Assembly: GCA_905331295.1 (NCBI GenBank)
Contig: CAJNYD010000051.1
Location: 1 to 64,000, forward strand
Reading direction: 5' to 3'
Source: Rotaria socialis
Lineage: Eukaryota
Length of the DNA: 64,000 nt
Part shown: in pieces, positions 1 through 10,137 of the stretch
How positions within the stretch are numbered: position 1 is the first letter of the stretch
Layout of the letters: each line of letters begins with the position of its first letter
Made by a program: the position numbers and the translations under genes
Notes under the pieces: model-generated
Told to the model about the DNA's origin: nothing
Seen by the model: the letters and a program-made list of their open reading frames with translations, nothing else
Databases searched by the model: none

Positions 1-754
1 GTCTTACACGTGCTGTAAGAAATTCATCAACATTTGAAATATTCAACAACGAACGAATCTATATTAAGTTAACTCTATTGTACAATGGGTAAAAATTTTT
101 TCATTAGATTTTCTCCCTATATATAGAAAATACTATTTAGATATCCATCATCGTTCATTGAGAAACGATTTCAAAACTTTTTTTCTGAATATATAAATTC
201 GTCATCATTTTTACCGTTTATTGATAATGAAACTCAATTTGTAACTATGCGTAATAAGATACTCAATCTACCCACTGCTCGTCAATCACAAGTATCGATA
301 AGTGCAGCAACCGCCGACATTGACAATGACCAAACCTATGAACCACAGAACGAACCGATAACAACAACAGCAACAACAGTTCAAGAACGAAACAAGAAAG
401 AACATGCTCGTGGAAGTAAATTAATCGTCCATTATACACATGAAAAACGATTTCAAACATTTAAATCAGACATCCATCAAGTCTATGGTAATGTATTCAA
501 AGATACACCTGCTGCCGACGTTAAATTGATTGTTGGCAATAAAAATCGTCGTTCGGCGAAAACTGAACTTATTTGTAAACGACCAAAACAATCATTACTT
601 ATCAATAAGCCATTCAAAAGTAAGCCATCTAACGTAGAAATCAATAGAGAATAAACGACACACAACTTTTTCACTTTATTTTCTTTTCCTAGAACGACAA
701 AGAAAAAGACAACAATCACGGAAAGAAAATATATCTGATCCCATGAACAAATAA
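1..754 (+). CDS. C-terminal part of a Penelope-like (Athena-type) reverse transcriptase-related ORF, 5'-partial; exons <1..88, 141..619, 693..754
   Basis: Spliced translation LTRAVRNSSTFEIFNNERIYIKLTLLYNG/YPSSFIEKRFQNFF... resembles the PLE RT thumb/C-terminal region (RA..S..F..E...L..NGYP). GT-AG introns 89..140 and 620..692 keep the frame; stop TAA at 752-754. No GIY-YIG domain follows. Confidence 0.7.
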
Positions 755-1367
755 TCAACAACATCATAAGCAGAATACATCAGTCTTCAAGTCACCACAA
801 AACATAAACAACTGAATAACAACTGATTTTGAAGCTCCTATTAAAATAAACTTTTTTTTAAACAAGCCTATGATATCAAATTCAGCTTCCATAGTTTACA
901 AAAAAAACATTGAAAAAAAGATCTAAAACAAACAACCAAATATAAATCAATATTTCAAAATTTATTTCTTTTCTATTTCAGATACTATAAATATTACCAA
1001 CATATTCTTCTCAAAAGTCAATAATGACACAGCAAAAAACCAACCACAATAGTGAAACATCAGTACTCTTTCAACTAGGTTCATTTGGATTAAAACAATG
1101 TTACTGTTTACAACAACTTCAACAACAGCAATATCAAAACAACGAAAAAAAAAGCAAAAAAAAATCAATTCAAACAAACCGAATCAAACAACAGCAATAC
1201 CATTCATTCAACAAATATCAACAGCAGAATAATGATTTGTGAATTGTTTCTTCTATTATAAGATTGTTAATTTATATTATTTTATATATTTTAACTATTT
1301 TATAAATTCTTGAAGATTTTAGAATTTGTTTTGAATTTTCGTTTAAGAGTAATTCAAGATAATTCAA

Positions 1368-1411
1368 GCCATCTGATGAGACCCTTTAGCAAGGTCGAAA
1401 CTAGTCATGGC
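1368..1411 (+). ncRNA. Type I hammerhead ribozyme (HHR1)
   Basis: Stem I GCCAT/ATGGC, core CTGATGA 1373-1379, stem II GACC/GGTC, GAAA 1397-1400, minimal palindromic stem III ACTAGT, GTC cleavage triplet 1404-1406. Confidence 0.9.
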
Positions 1412-1607
1412 AGCTTATTCACACCCACACCCTCAACGCGTCGTAAGTAGCTTTGAATCTAAAAAATTCCATTCTAAACACACCAACACCCTACAGTTAC
1501 TTGATTTTATCAACATATTTGTATGAGATGTTAACTCTCTCTATAGATATGCCAGATATAAATTTAAAATTTTGATTTTTTCTTTAAAATCATTGAATTT
1601 TCTTTAA

Positions 1608-1652
1608 GCCATCTGATGATCTGCGTTGCTGCAGTGAAATCTAGATTATGGT
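1608..1652 (+). ncRNA. Type I hammerhead ribozyme (HHR2)
   Basis: Stem I GCCAT/ATGGT, CTGATGA 1613-1619, stem II CTGC/GCAG, GAAA 1636-1639, palindromic stem III ATCTAGAT, ATT triplet 1645-1647. Confidence 0.8.
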
Positions 1653-2124
1653 AGCTGTTCACACCCAAAACTCTTAATAACTTTCTCACTACACCTCTAT
1701 CTCTATTTAGAAGTCTAATTCCATACTTTGATGAGAATTCGAAAAAAACATCAACATCATCGATGACAATATACCACTTACAATTCTAGATGAAATAATA
1801 CTCCATTTATCAAATTCGCATGAAACTGAATCGGTTAAAGCCAACTTTTTATATTCTTCCGCATCAGCGATGATTCAAATATACAACTTCACAATTTAAA
1901 CCCGCTGGAAGCATCCTTGTCCTGATACGGCCATATAAATACAACAAAACCTATTAATGTGAGTGAAATGCTTTCCTAATTTTTCTTCAAAATTTTCAAC
2001 TCTGAATAACCGAAAAGAACTCCTATGACACGCAGGCTTATAGTCTAACGTTAATTATGATTGAAAATGTGAAAATGTAAACCTCTTCAAACATCTGACT
2101 ATTGCATCAGCAAATAATTCGAAT

Positions 2125-2176
2125 CTTACCTGTCACAACAAGATAAGATTAAGCCCTGATCGAAACGCGTCGTAAG
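2125..2176 (+). ncRNA. Degenerate hammerhead ribozyme (5' core disrupted)
   Basis: Stem I CTTAC/GTAAG and intact 3' half GAAACGCGTC (palindrome ACGCGT), but CTGATGA is replaced by CTGTCAC. Followed by CACACCCACACCCTCAA. Confidence 0.5.
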
Positions 2177-2362
2177 TAGCTTTGAATCTAGAAAATTCCA
2201 TTCTAAACACACCCACACCCTCAAGTCTTGGTAGCTATTCACACTACTGTATATGGATAATATCATTGTATATTATAATTTATTTTTGATTTTTGTCAAA
2301 AATTTTTCGTAATATATAACAGTATATTTCGATCTTGTGATTTTTGATCAATTAGATTATTT

Positions 2363-2406
2363 GCCAACTGATGATTCCCTTAAGCAAGGATGAAACTAGT
2401 CTGGGT
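2363..2406 (+). ncRNA. Type I hammerhead ribozyme (HHR3)
   Basis: GCCAA-CTGATGA(2368-2374)-stem II TCC/GGA-GAAA(2392-2395)-CTAGTC-TGGGT. Paralog of HHR1, with one mismatch in stem I. Confidence 0.8.
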
Positions 2407-2418
2407 AGCTATTCGCAC

Positions 2419-5394
2419 CAGGGTTGCCACCTGACGAAGTCCAAAAAGCGGAAAGCTGAACTTAAAAAGAGGAAAATAGCGGAAACTAAAAACAAAAAAA
2501 GCGGAAAAAAAAGCGGAAACCTATTTTTTATAGATTTTTAGCATTTCTGAGAATATGAGGCAGTTTTTCATATCTATATCTATGGTATTTCGTTTTATTT
2601 CAGCAAAATTTCAAAACATATAAAAGACAAAATGAAAAAAAATATAAATTTTACTGGACCCGCTGTTTTTTGAATGCATATTTGTTGTTAGAACTGATTG
2701 CTCCCAGTAACTCTTTATCGGATAGCAAATATTGATGCATATCAGTACATGACAATGAGGAATTTCGACGAATTTGTAACTCAGCAGATACTAGATCGAC
2801 TGACATTCGATTACGAGAATCACTAAGTAAATGCTTCATGTCAGAAAAAATACTTTCGACATAAGCATTACTAGCTGGAATCGAGTACAAAAAACAGATC
2901 AATTTCTTCATATTTGGTGTCGGTGTAGCATTAACAGCAAGTAGCATCGCCCAAAGTTGATCTGACCGAACTACTTTTGTTTGTTCTTCCTCATCTTCTT
3001 CGTCAGATTCACTTTGATGTATTGACGTTGTTGATGAGTTACGAATTTCTTCTTGTCCTTCATTGGAAAGAAAAAATTGAATCTGATTTAGTAATGGTAC
3101 TTCTTTTTTCTGAATCATTTCGAAAGTCAATTTTAATTCAGTGAACTCGTTGAACAAATCATCTTCGTTCAAACCTTTGATTTTCGTAATTTCGATACAT
3201 TTTTGAACCTGATTCCAAGTAAGATTTTCAATGCCATAACCGAAGTGTCCAATAGCTTCTAGAAAAGCAACGTTTTGTGAGAAATATTTGTCGATATACT
3301 CTAAAAATGTCAAGATGAATCGTTTGAAAGAAGCTTGTAGTTCGGCACTAGTATCAGATGACATTCGATTTAATAGATTTCGACATTGAATTCCAAAAAA
3401 AGAAGTGTCAAGTCGCTGTTTGGGTTTGTATTGAATTGATGTTATTATTCGATATAAATCAATTGCTGTAATAGACTTCTTTTGTAATTCCAAGTTAGTT
3501 TTCTGAATTTCAAAAAGAATATGGTGTAAAAATGTTAATATACATAATGTTTCTTCAGATTGAAAATTTTTTTCTAATTCTTTAGGAGTTTCTCTGTTTG
3601 ATTGATCTGTGAAATACTCCTTTACTAGTTTGTAGACAAGTAATAAACGATCAATCGATAAATACAACGATAACCATCGAATTTTGATGTGCTTAATCAA
3701 GACCTGAAAAACATTATAAGAAAATACTGTTCTGTTAGTCTTTCCTAGTGTATACTCCGTAGTCAAGAATACCTTACCTGAAAATTGTTTTCATAGAATT
3801 CATAGTAACTTTTGAGTTCTTGAACTCTCTTAGCTGAACGAGAAAAATGAGCTTAGGCCATCATAAGAAATTTTTCAACGTCAACGGTCAATTGCTGATG
3901 ACCCCACTTCACCCCGTTATGCAGAATGTGACAATAACAATTTCCTTAATGAATCAATTATAAATTGACGATATACTGGCACTCTTTGACTCAGTTTACC
4001 TTTAAATAGATTTTCAACTTGATCATGAAATAATGTATAGACACTATGAGTATTGTCCATGTTAACATTTGTATTATCAGCTCCAATCGATGTAAGACCT
4101 TCCAAGGACAAACCAGATTTTTTAATTGCAGCCTCAAGATTTTCAAAGGTATTCGTGGCTGATTCATCAGCATCGTCGATCAAATCAATTATACCTGTTA
4201 AGTATAGAAAAATCAAAGATTAACGTTTGTGGAAAAGCCTGAACTGAAGCATAGAAACCTTTTTTCACCCCAAACTTTGAAAAATATTGCACACAAACTG
4301 GAAAAAGCTTTGTATTTCCTTTGTTCGATGCATCGAACATGATCGAAAAAAAACATGCTTCTTTCACTTCAATTAAAATTTGTTGAGTGAAATATGGAGC
4401 TAAAACATTGAGTGCAATGGATGAACATTTTGTTCGTCCACATGACATCGATTTTCCAATTGCAGAACAAGATGAAAAAATTGTTTTGATGACATTTGTG
4501 GTGCATTGTTGAGATGAATAAGAATGACCATGTTTCACTCCATGGTATACAAAAGTACCTTCTGCAGCTGCTACTTCTTCACTCTCTTTATTTGGCTTCA
4601 TTGTTGACGTTATCAATTGTCGATTTATACTAAATGATTTCATGTTATGGATGTGTCTTTTCAACTTTATATGCCGATCAATATCATTCTTTCCACCATA
4701 ATGGATTGAAAATTTTTCATTGCAGGCAATGCAGAGAGCTTTAGTTGAATCCGGTTTGTACTCTCGTAAAAATGATCCGAGTTGAGAATCAAGTAGCCAC
4801 TGTAGATTAAACACGCCCTTTTTTTTCTTCTTTTCACAAGTATTTGAGGCGGCTTTGACATTTTTATTTTCATTCGATTTTAAAACTGGTGTTGTTGGTA
4901 TCGATTCTTCATGATTATTATCATTATCATCATTATCATCTTCAATTATTATCTCACTATCCATAACTTACAGAAATTTTGTTTAAACTATTGGGTTTGC
5001 GGTTCTTTTATGTAGATATAGTATATACAATTAGTTGAAAATAATTCACTATCAGTTGAGAACAGACTGGTGTTTTTACTTTACGAATAGAAAATTAGAG
5101 CACAGCCTCTCTTACATAGAAAAAGTTTTAGTGTTCTTCTTCCACTGATTTTATGAATCAGAAAATAATAGCGATGACTCACTGTATGTGCAAGCAATAA
5201 GAATTGCTTCAACAATTGCAGGTTTTATTCTGGATGCATTTTCAACTTGTAACATGTTTTATACGAAAAAGTGGAAAAAAGGAAAAAAAAGTAAAAAAGT
5301 AAAAAAGCGGAAAAAGCGGAACTGCGGAAAAAAAGCGGAAAAAAAGGAAAAAAGCGGAAACTTTCCGCAAAAAGCGGAAGAGGTGGCAACCCTG
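2419..5394 (-). mobile_element. hAT DNA transposon, full length
   Basis: Perfect 14-bp TIR CAGGGTTGCCACCT (2419-2432 / 5381-5394), 8-bp TSD ATTCGCAC (2411-2418 / 5395-5402), subterminal AAAAGCGG repeats at both ends. Confidence 0.95.
2651..4964 (-). pseudogene. hAT transposase, multi-exon, with one in-frame stop
   Basis: Zn finger CIAC..H..H, FDASN (D), GADNT (D), CYCH, RW, SNAYVESIFS (E). GT-AG introns near 4258-4195, 3999-3945 and about 3778-3705. In-frame TAA at 3853-3855. Confidence 0.8.
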
Positions 5395-5454
5395 ATTCGC
5401 ACCCTCAAGAAAAACTTTAAGAATTACTATCTAAGTTAATATAATATTGAGAAC

Positions 5455-5501
5455 ACCACCTGATGAAGTCAAGCCAAGACAGAAACAACTGTTGTCGTGG
5501 T
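5455..5501 (+). ncRNA. Type I hammerhead ribozyme (HHR4)
   Basis: Stem I ACCAC/GTGGT, CTGATGA 5460-5466, stem II GTC/GAC, GAAA 5482-5485, stem III ACAA/TTGT, GTC triplet 5494-5496. Followed by CACACACCCTCAA at 5522-5534. Confidence 0.85.
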
Positions 5502-5577
5502 ACGGCATTCTAATTTCTAAGCACACACCCTCAAGATATGATAGTAAGATTAGTTGCAAAAGTTATGTCAATATAAA

Positions 5578-7557
5578 TTAGTTCAAGTAGAATAATCGAT
5601 AAAAAGCCAGAAAACTAAAATGTAACACACATATGGTTGTTTGATGAAAGATATCGAAGAACAATCCTGCTTCCGATTTATTTATACAAACGTTTTCGTC
5701 GGGTATTGGTGACAGCTTTTCGTTGAGAAAACTTCGATAGACTTGTCGATGATACAGTGGCTGTGGACCACGATAACTTTCAAAAAATAAATCATCACGA
5801 AAAGCTTCAAAATCATAGCCGAAAATCAAAATCGGTTGTCGGAATACGGTCCAAGTAACATTTTCTTTGCATGATGGTGTAGTCAACGATCCTTCATATC
5901 GCCAAAATTCAGTTAAATTGCTTCCCATAAGTAAATTCAAAGTTAAATCAACTGTGGCAGAACTATTTTCCTCCATTAGATGACGTGCAGTATCAAAATA
6001 AGTTTGCCAATGTTGCTCCATTGCAACAGCTTTTGATCTATTTCTCGGATACACTTGATGCCTTGTGCTATCTTCGGTTTCCATTAAAAAGCCCAAGACA
6101 GCAAGCTGACCTGTTTCAGCGTGATGATACACAAAATGACTTTCACCAGCAGATTTATCACCATTCCTAAATGGACATATTTTTCAATAAGTACTTGTGC
6201 TTCATATGAATAGTTATTCTTCCTCATTCGCTTATGTACCAAAATATATTGTAAGTTAGAATAGGATTTTCTTAACCCTTTCCAGCCCGCTGTTTGGAAA
6301 TTGTCGTACCCCCCTGGGGAAAATGTTGCCATATGGCAACACCGGGCCGGAAAGGGTTAAAAATCGAAAAATATTCTCAGTCATTGATTTATTGATAAAG
6401 CTTCAGGGTGGTGAATAACGAAAAATCGAAGCCCAGGTCTCAATTTTTCTGGTGAAATGTTGAATTCTATGAGTCACCCATCTAAAAAACAAAAAAAGTT
6501 AGCTGAAATTCACGAAACGAGGCCACAGAACGTCAACAGACTGACATAAACTAGTTTCCTTTGTTTTTTTTAGCAATATTCAATTCTTCAGAAAATTGAT
6601 TGAAATGGTAAATTCGATTTCTTTTGGTCTGAAAGAAATTCTGACTAATTATTATAACAGTTTAGAAACGATGATAAAATGGTAATAATTTACAAATCAA
6701 TGTAATCTATAACGGGGTGAAGAAAAATGTACGAATTAGTGGTTAATTAAGAGCACGTTATCAATTTCTTAGAATTCATCTCAACATTTTTCTCTTACTG
6801 TGTTCAAGGTAGGGGTGAGAAGTTATTGTTATCTTGTTGTTATTAACAACAATAGCAATATCTTTTCTCGATAGTTATTTATTATAAATAGCAGATAAAC
6901 AACAAATAACTTTTTTTTTCTGAAAACTGAGTTTACTGTTTATATTGGTTATACCATGCGAATTAGCACTATTGAAGTTAAAAATGTGTTCTCTAGTAAT
7001 TATAAGCTCATATATCGGATACAATTAGAATATTCAGCTAGCTGAGACAGAATCTTTTTTAGAAAAAAAAAGTTATTTGTTATTTATCTGTTATTGATAA
7101 CAATAACAATAACAGTAAATTCACGTCCCTAGTTCAAGGTCATGACTGCTTCCGATTCATATACTTACACCTGATGTTCACTTCCACTATTGTCATTCGG
7201 TCCCCAATGAAGATGAAAACTATCAAAAATATATCTTCCCTTCAAATTTCCACCCGTTAATGATATTGGTGTTGGACTATTCGGTACTGCTGTTATTGTA
7301 TGTCCATTATTTGTGAGTTTGAACTTGACTGGTTCGTAATAAATAGATGTTAACTCGAATCGGCTAAAAGTTTGGGAGATTGTACATTTTGTTCGAATAT
7401 TAATTGGCGATTGGTTTTTCCCACCACATGCTACATAGTTTTTTTTCCAAACGTCAGGCCCATGCTTACCATAATCCCAGTCGGCACTCGCGATTGCATT
7501 GTTCAATATTAATATAAGTATAAATAGATGTAGCATCTGATGATACATTAATAACAT
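5578..7557 (-). CDS. Alpha-carbonic anhydrase, secreted or membrane-anchored; exons 7557..7169 and 6166..5578 (about 325 aa)
   Basis: Signal peptide, WDYG, QSPINI, NNGHT, FHLHWG (two Zn His), GSEH, ESHFV (third His), YEGSLTTPSC, VTWTVF, hydrophobic C-terminus. GT-AG intron 7168..6167 restores the frame. Confidence 0.93.
6276..6356. mobile_element. 81-bp piggyBac-type MITE in the carbonic anhydrase intron
   Basis: TTAA on both sides (6272-6275, 6357-6360); TIR CCCTTTCC(A/G)GCCCG(C/G)TGTT. Confidence 0.8.
6810..7131. mobile_element. Non-autonomous hAT MITE in the carbonic anhydrase intron
   Basis: 8-bp TSD GTTCAAGG (6802-6809 / 7132-7139), TAGGG...CCCTA termini, GTTATT/AATAAC subterminal repeats. 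Confidence 0.8.
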
Positions 7558-8299
7558 TGCATTAATTTGATTGGTCGTTTGTTTAACCTTTGAGAAAAAC
7601 TAAACAAAAATTAGCAAACATGACACTGATCTTCGACTCGACAGTGAAATCAATCATTTTTATAATTGGAAAAGTCGCACCTACTACTTCAAGTAAACTG
7701 TATTTGTACTAGATAAGCGTTGATACTGGCCAAAAGATGAAAACTGATCTTTTAGCTCTTTTCAGATTCAAGTATTTGGAAAAATAGACATTTCGTAAAA
7801 GAAACTATTGCAGCGAAAAAGAGAAAAAGCTTACCTCTACCGTTATACGCGGCACTAATGTTAGTCGAGCTACTTCATTCTAAATCGTTATGACAAATGG
7901 AGAGGCATAGTTTAGTGTTTTACTACACTATATTTATTCAACTATACTCTACATCCACGTGTATTCATCTAATACAAAACATACGCTTATATACGCCACC
8001 GAGAAAGAAGAAAAAGGAAGAAATGGATGTATATCCGAGTAACAGGAAGGCTAATTATAAAAGAGAATTGATACATCGATGCTATTATAATCGCCTTGGC
8101 CGAACAGAAGGAAAGAAGAAGATGACCAATGACAAGAAGAGAGTAGTTGAGAACGACACAACTCTGTCCTCTAGTTTTTCACACATCAGGGACAAGGATA
8201 AACTATTGTTACCGGATTTATGAGAAATAGTATTTAACTAGCTTCGTACATAATTTAGCGTTACCAATATTGACACAACTATTTCGTGAGCAAAAATTT

Positions 8300-9000
8300 C
8301 TTGAGAGTACATAAATAGTGATTTCAATTCAATCTACTCGGGCATACATTTTTCTACCGGTTTTTTGAAGATCTTTGCATTGCCAGTCTCGGAAAACTTC
8401 TTAAGAAGCGTCTACAGTTTCACAGAGTAGTCTTTACACGGCTCGTGAATGCCTCGATAGCGAAAAATGTTGACCTTAAATAGTATAGTCAAGCAATGTG
8501 ATCAACTACTATGCAGATCTACTTATATTTCTGGATAATCAATATAAATCAATCCTACTTTTAAAAGGTTTCAAGCGCAACACAAACTATATAATAGCCT
8601 GCATAAGAAAATTTTCTGTTTGCATCTACAATCAAGTAACATCACGCAGCAAGCTCTCTCATAGCTAAGACTTGATAAGATAACATTTTGTTGTCAGCAC
8701 TCATATATGATATGCAGCTTCAATTTGGAAAAAAATTACTTGTAAAAAAAAAGATAACGGCAAATATTGCAGTGCACGTGTTTTTATATCATGTTGCGTT
8801 TATAGTTGTTCTTGTCGATTGGAGTTTGTTTACTTTAATATCCTTTTGCCAAAATATCTTCACCTGGATCATCTATCGAGTAATTACTGGCTGATAATTG
8901 TTCTTTATCAAGGTACTTTTGAACATAAATAAATTGTTCTGATGGCTCACAAAAACAACTTGTACAAAACAGCGTTTCAATTCATTTTCTTAATGCCACC
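8300..9000 (-). pseudogene. Possible highly degenerate DNA transposase remnant
   Basis: Minus-strand reading RHSRAV*RLLCETVDAS*EVF resembles the HSQAVER...AS..V C-terminal motif of some transposase families; many stops. Confidence 0.25.
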
Positions 9001-10047
9001 TATTTTTCCTAGACATTTAACGCACTTTTTTCATTGAAAACGCTACAAAGAAGATCGAGAATGTGTTTTGACGGATGCGTTGAATCTTTCTAAAATTAAT
9101 TTTTTTCTTCATAATCTTAGGTAACCTTTTCTATAAGACTTTTCAGTACTTCCTGTCAGGTCGCTAAGCCCATAAGGAATCCGTGAAATGGCTCCATATG
9201 AGTTTTCTGACGGCAATATTGCATGAATTTTGAATATTTTATTAATAACTTAAACTCCGATTTTTACGAAAAGTTCTTAGAGACTATGCCTTATTTTATT
9301 GCTCTACCACAGAAACCTGCGAGTTTGTAGAGGTGATTAAACACGAAATTGTTTTCTTCAGTTGGAAAACACGAGCAATAGTTTGAGTCGTCCGAAAAAA
9401 ACTCGAAGTTATTTTTTTAGTTATAACGTATTTATCCTCATTGATAAATATTATTTAAACATTCATTGGGCTTATTCTATTGTAGCTGGTAAACTAGTTA
9501 CCTGCTTTGATTTCAGACTTTTTACAATAAATAGAATCTACTCTGATCGATCAAATATTGTTTAACGTGGATAGTAAAATGAATTTAGCAAATATTTCCG
9601 ATTGCAATTTCTTTTTCCAAAGTATAGTTTTTAAGTTAGCAATTCAAAACAAAAGTGCTATATGGCACGAATTGGTTATACATTCGTGTATATCGAGTCC
9701 ATCGGGCAAGATATTGTGAGGGTGAGGATGTGATTTTAAAAAGGAAAAAGCATCTTCTCTCGATACAATCAAGAATGTCCTCAATTTGAGTTCTATAAAT
9801 TGAAAAATACTTATCAAAAGTCGAAAACGTTTTTGCTAATAAAGCATTGTTTCCCTGTGTATGAAATGAATAGCAGTGATCAAGCTTTACTTACCTCCAT
9901 CTATTCGATGTTTCGTTTTGTCGTTCAGCAAATGTCAACAAACGCCAAACTGCAAAGTTGAGGCATTGAGTTATATACGACTACAAACTTTTTCTTCTTA
10001 TTGTTCATCGTCTGCCTACACACTGCGAGAGCAAGCGATTTTAAACC

Positions 10048-10137
10048 CTAGTCAACTCTCCCTAGAAGAATCCCCAGGGAGTCCCCGGGGATTTGTCAGG
10101 GGACTCCCTGGGGATTCTTCTAGGGAGAGTTGACTAG
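10048..10137. repeat. Perfect 39-bp inverted repeat with 12-nt spacer (hairpin MITE)
   Basis: CTAGTCAACTCTCCCTAGAAGAATCCCCAGGGAGTCCCC at 10048-10086 and its exact reverse complement at 10099-10137. Confidence 0.9.

Larger units (their letters stand above)
1..5534 (+). mobile_element. 3' end of an Athena/Terminon-like retroelement (RT C-terminus, A-rich UTR, hammerhead/telomere-repeat units), interrupted by a hAT
   Basis: PLE-like ORF end, strongly A/C-skewed 755-1250, and repeated hammerhead cores each followed by CACACCCACACCCTCAA-type repeats (complement of TGTGGG/TGAGGG). Confidence 0.75.

Noticed and set aside
1024..1242. Gln/Lys-rich 72-aa ORF
   Set aside because: Low-complexity CAA-rich retroelement UTR; no recognisable domain, though a small exon cannot be excluded.
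1368..2420. Repeat-spacer pattern as a CRISPR array
   Set aside because: Irregular spacing and divergent repeats; better explained as hammerhead/telomere units.
2431..2460. CTGACGA...GAAA hammerhead-like core
   Set aside because: Lies in the hAT terminus; no proper stem II, stem III or stem I partner.
5188..5439. Lys-rich 83-aa ORF
   Set aside because: Translation of the AAAAGCGG subterminal repeats and TIR of the hAT element.
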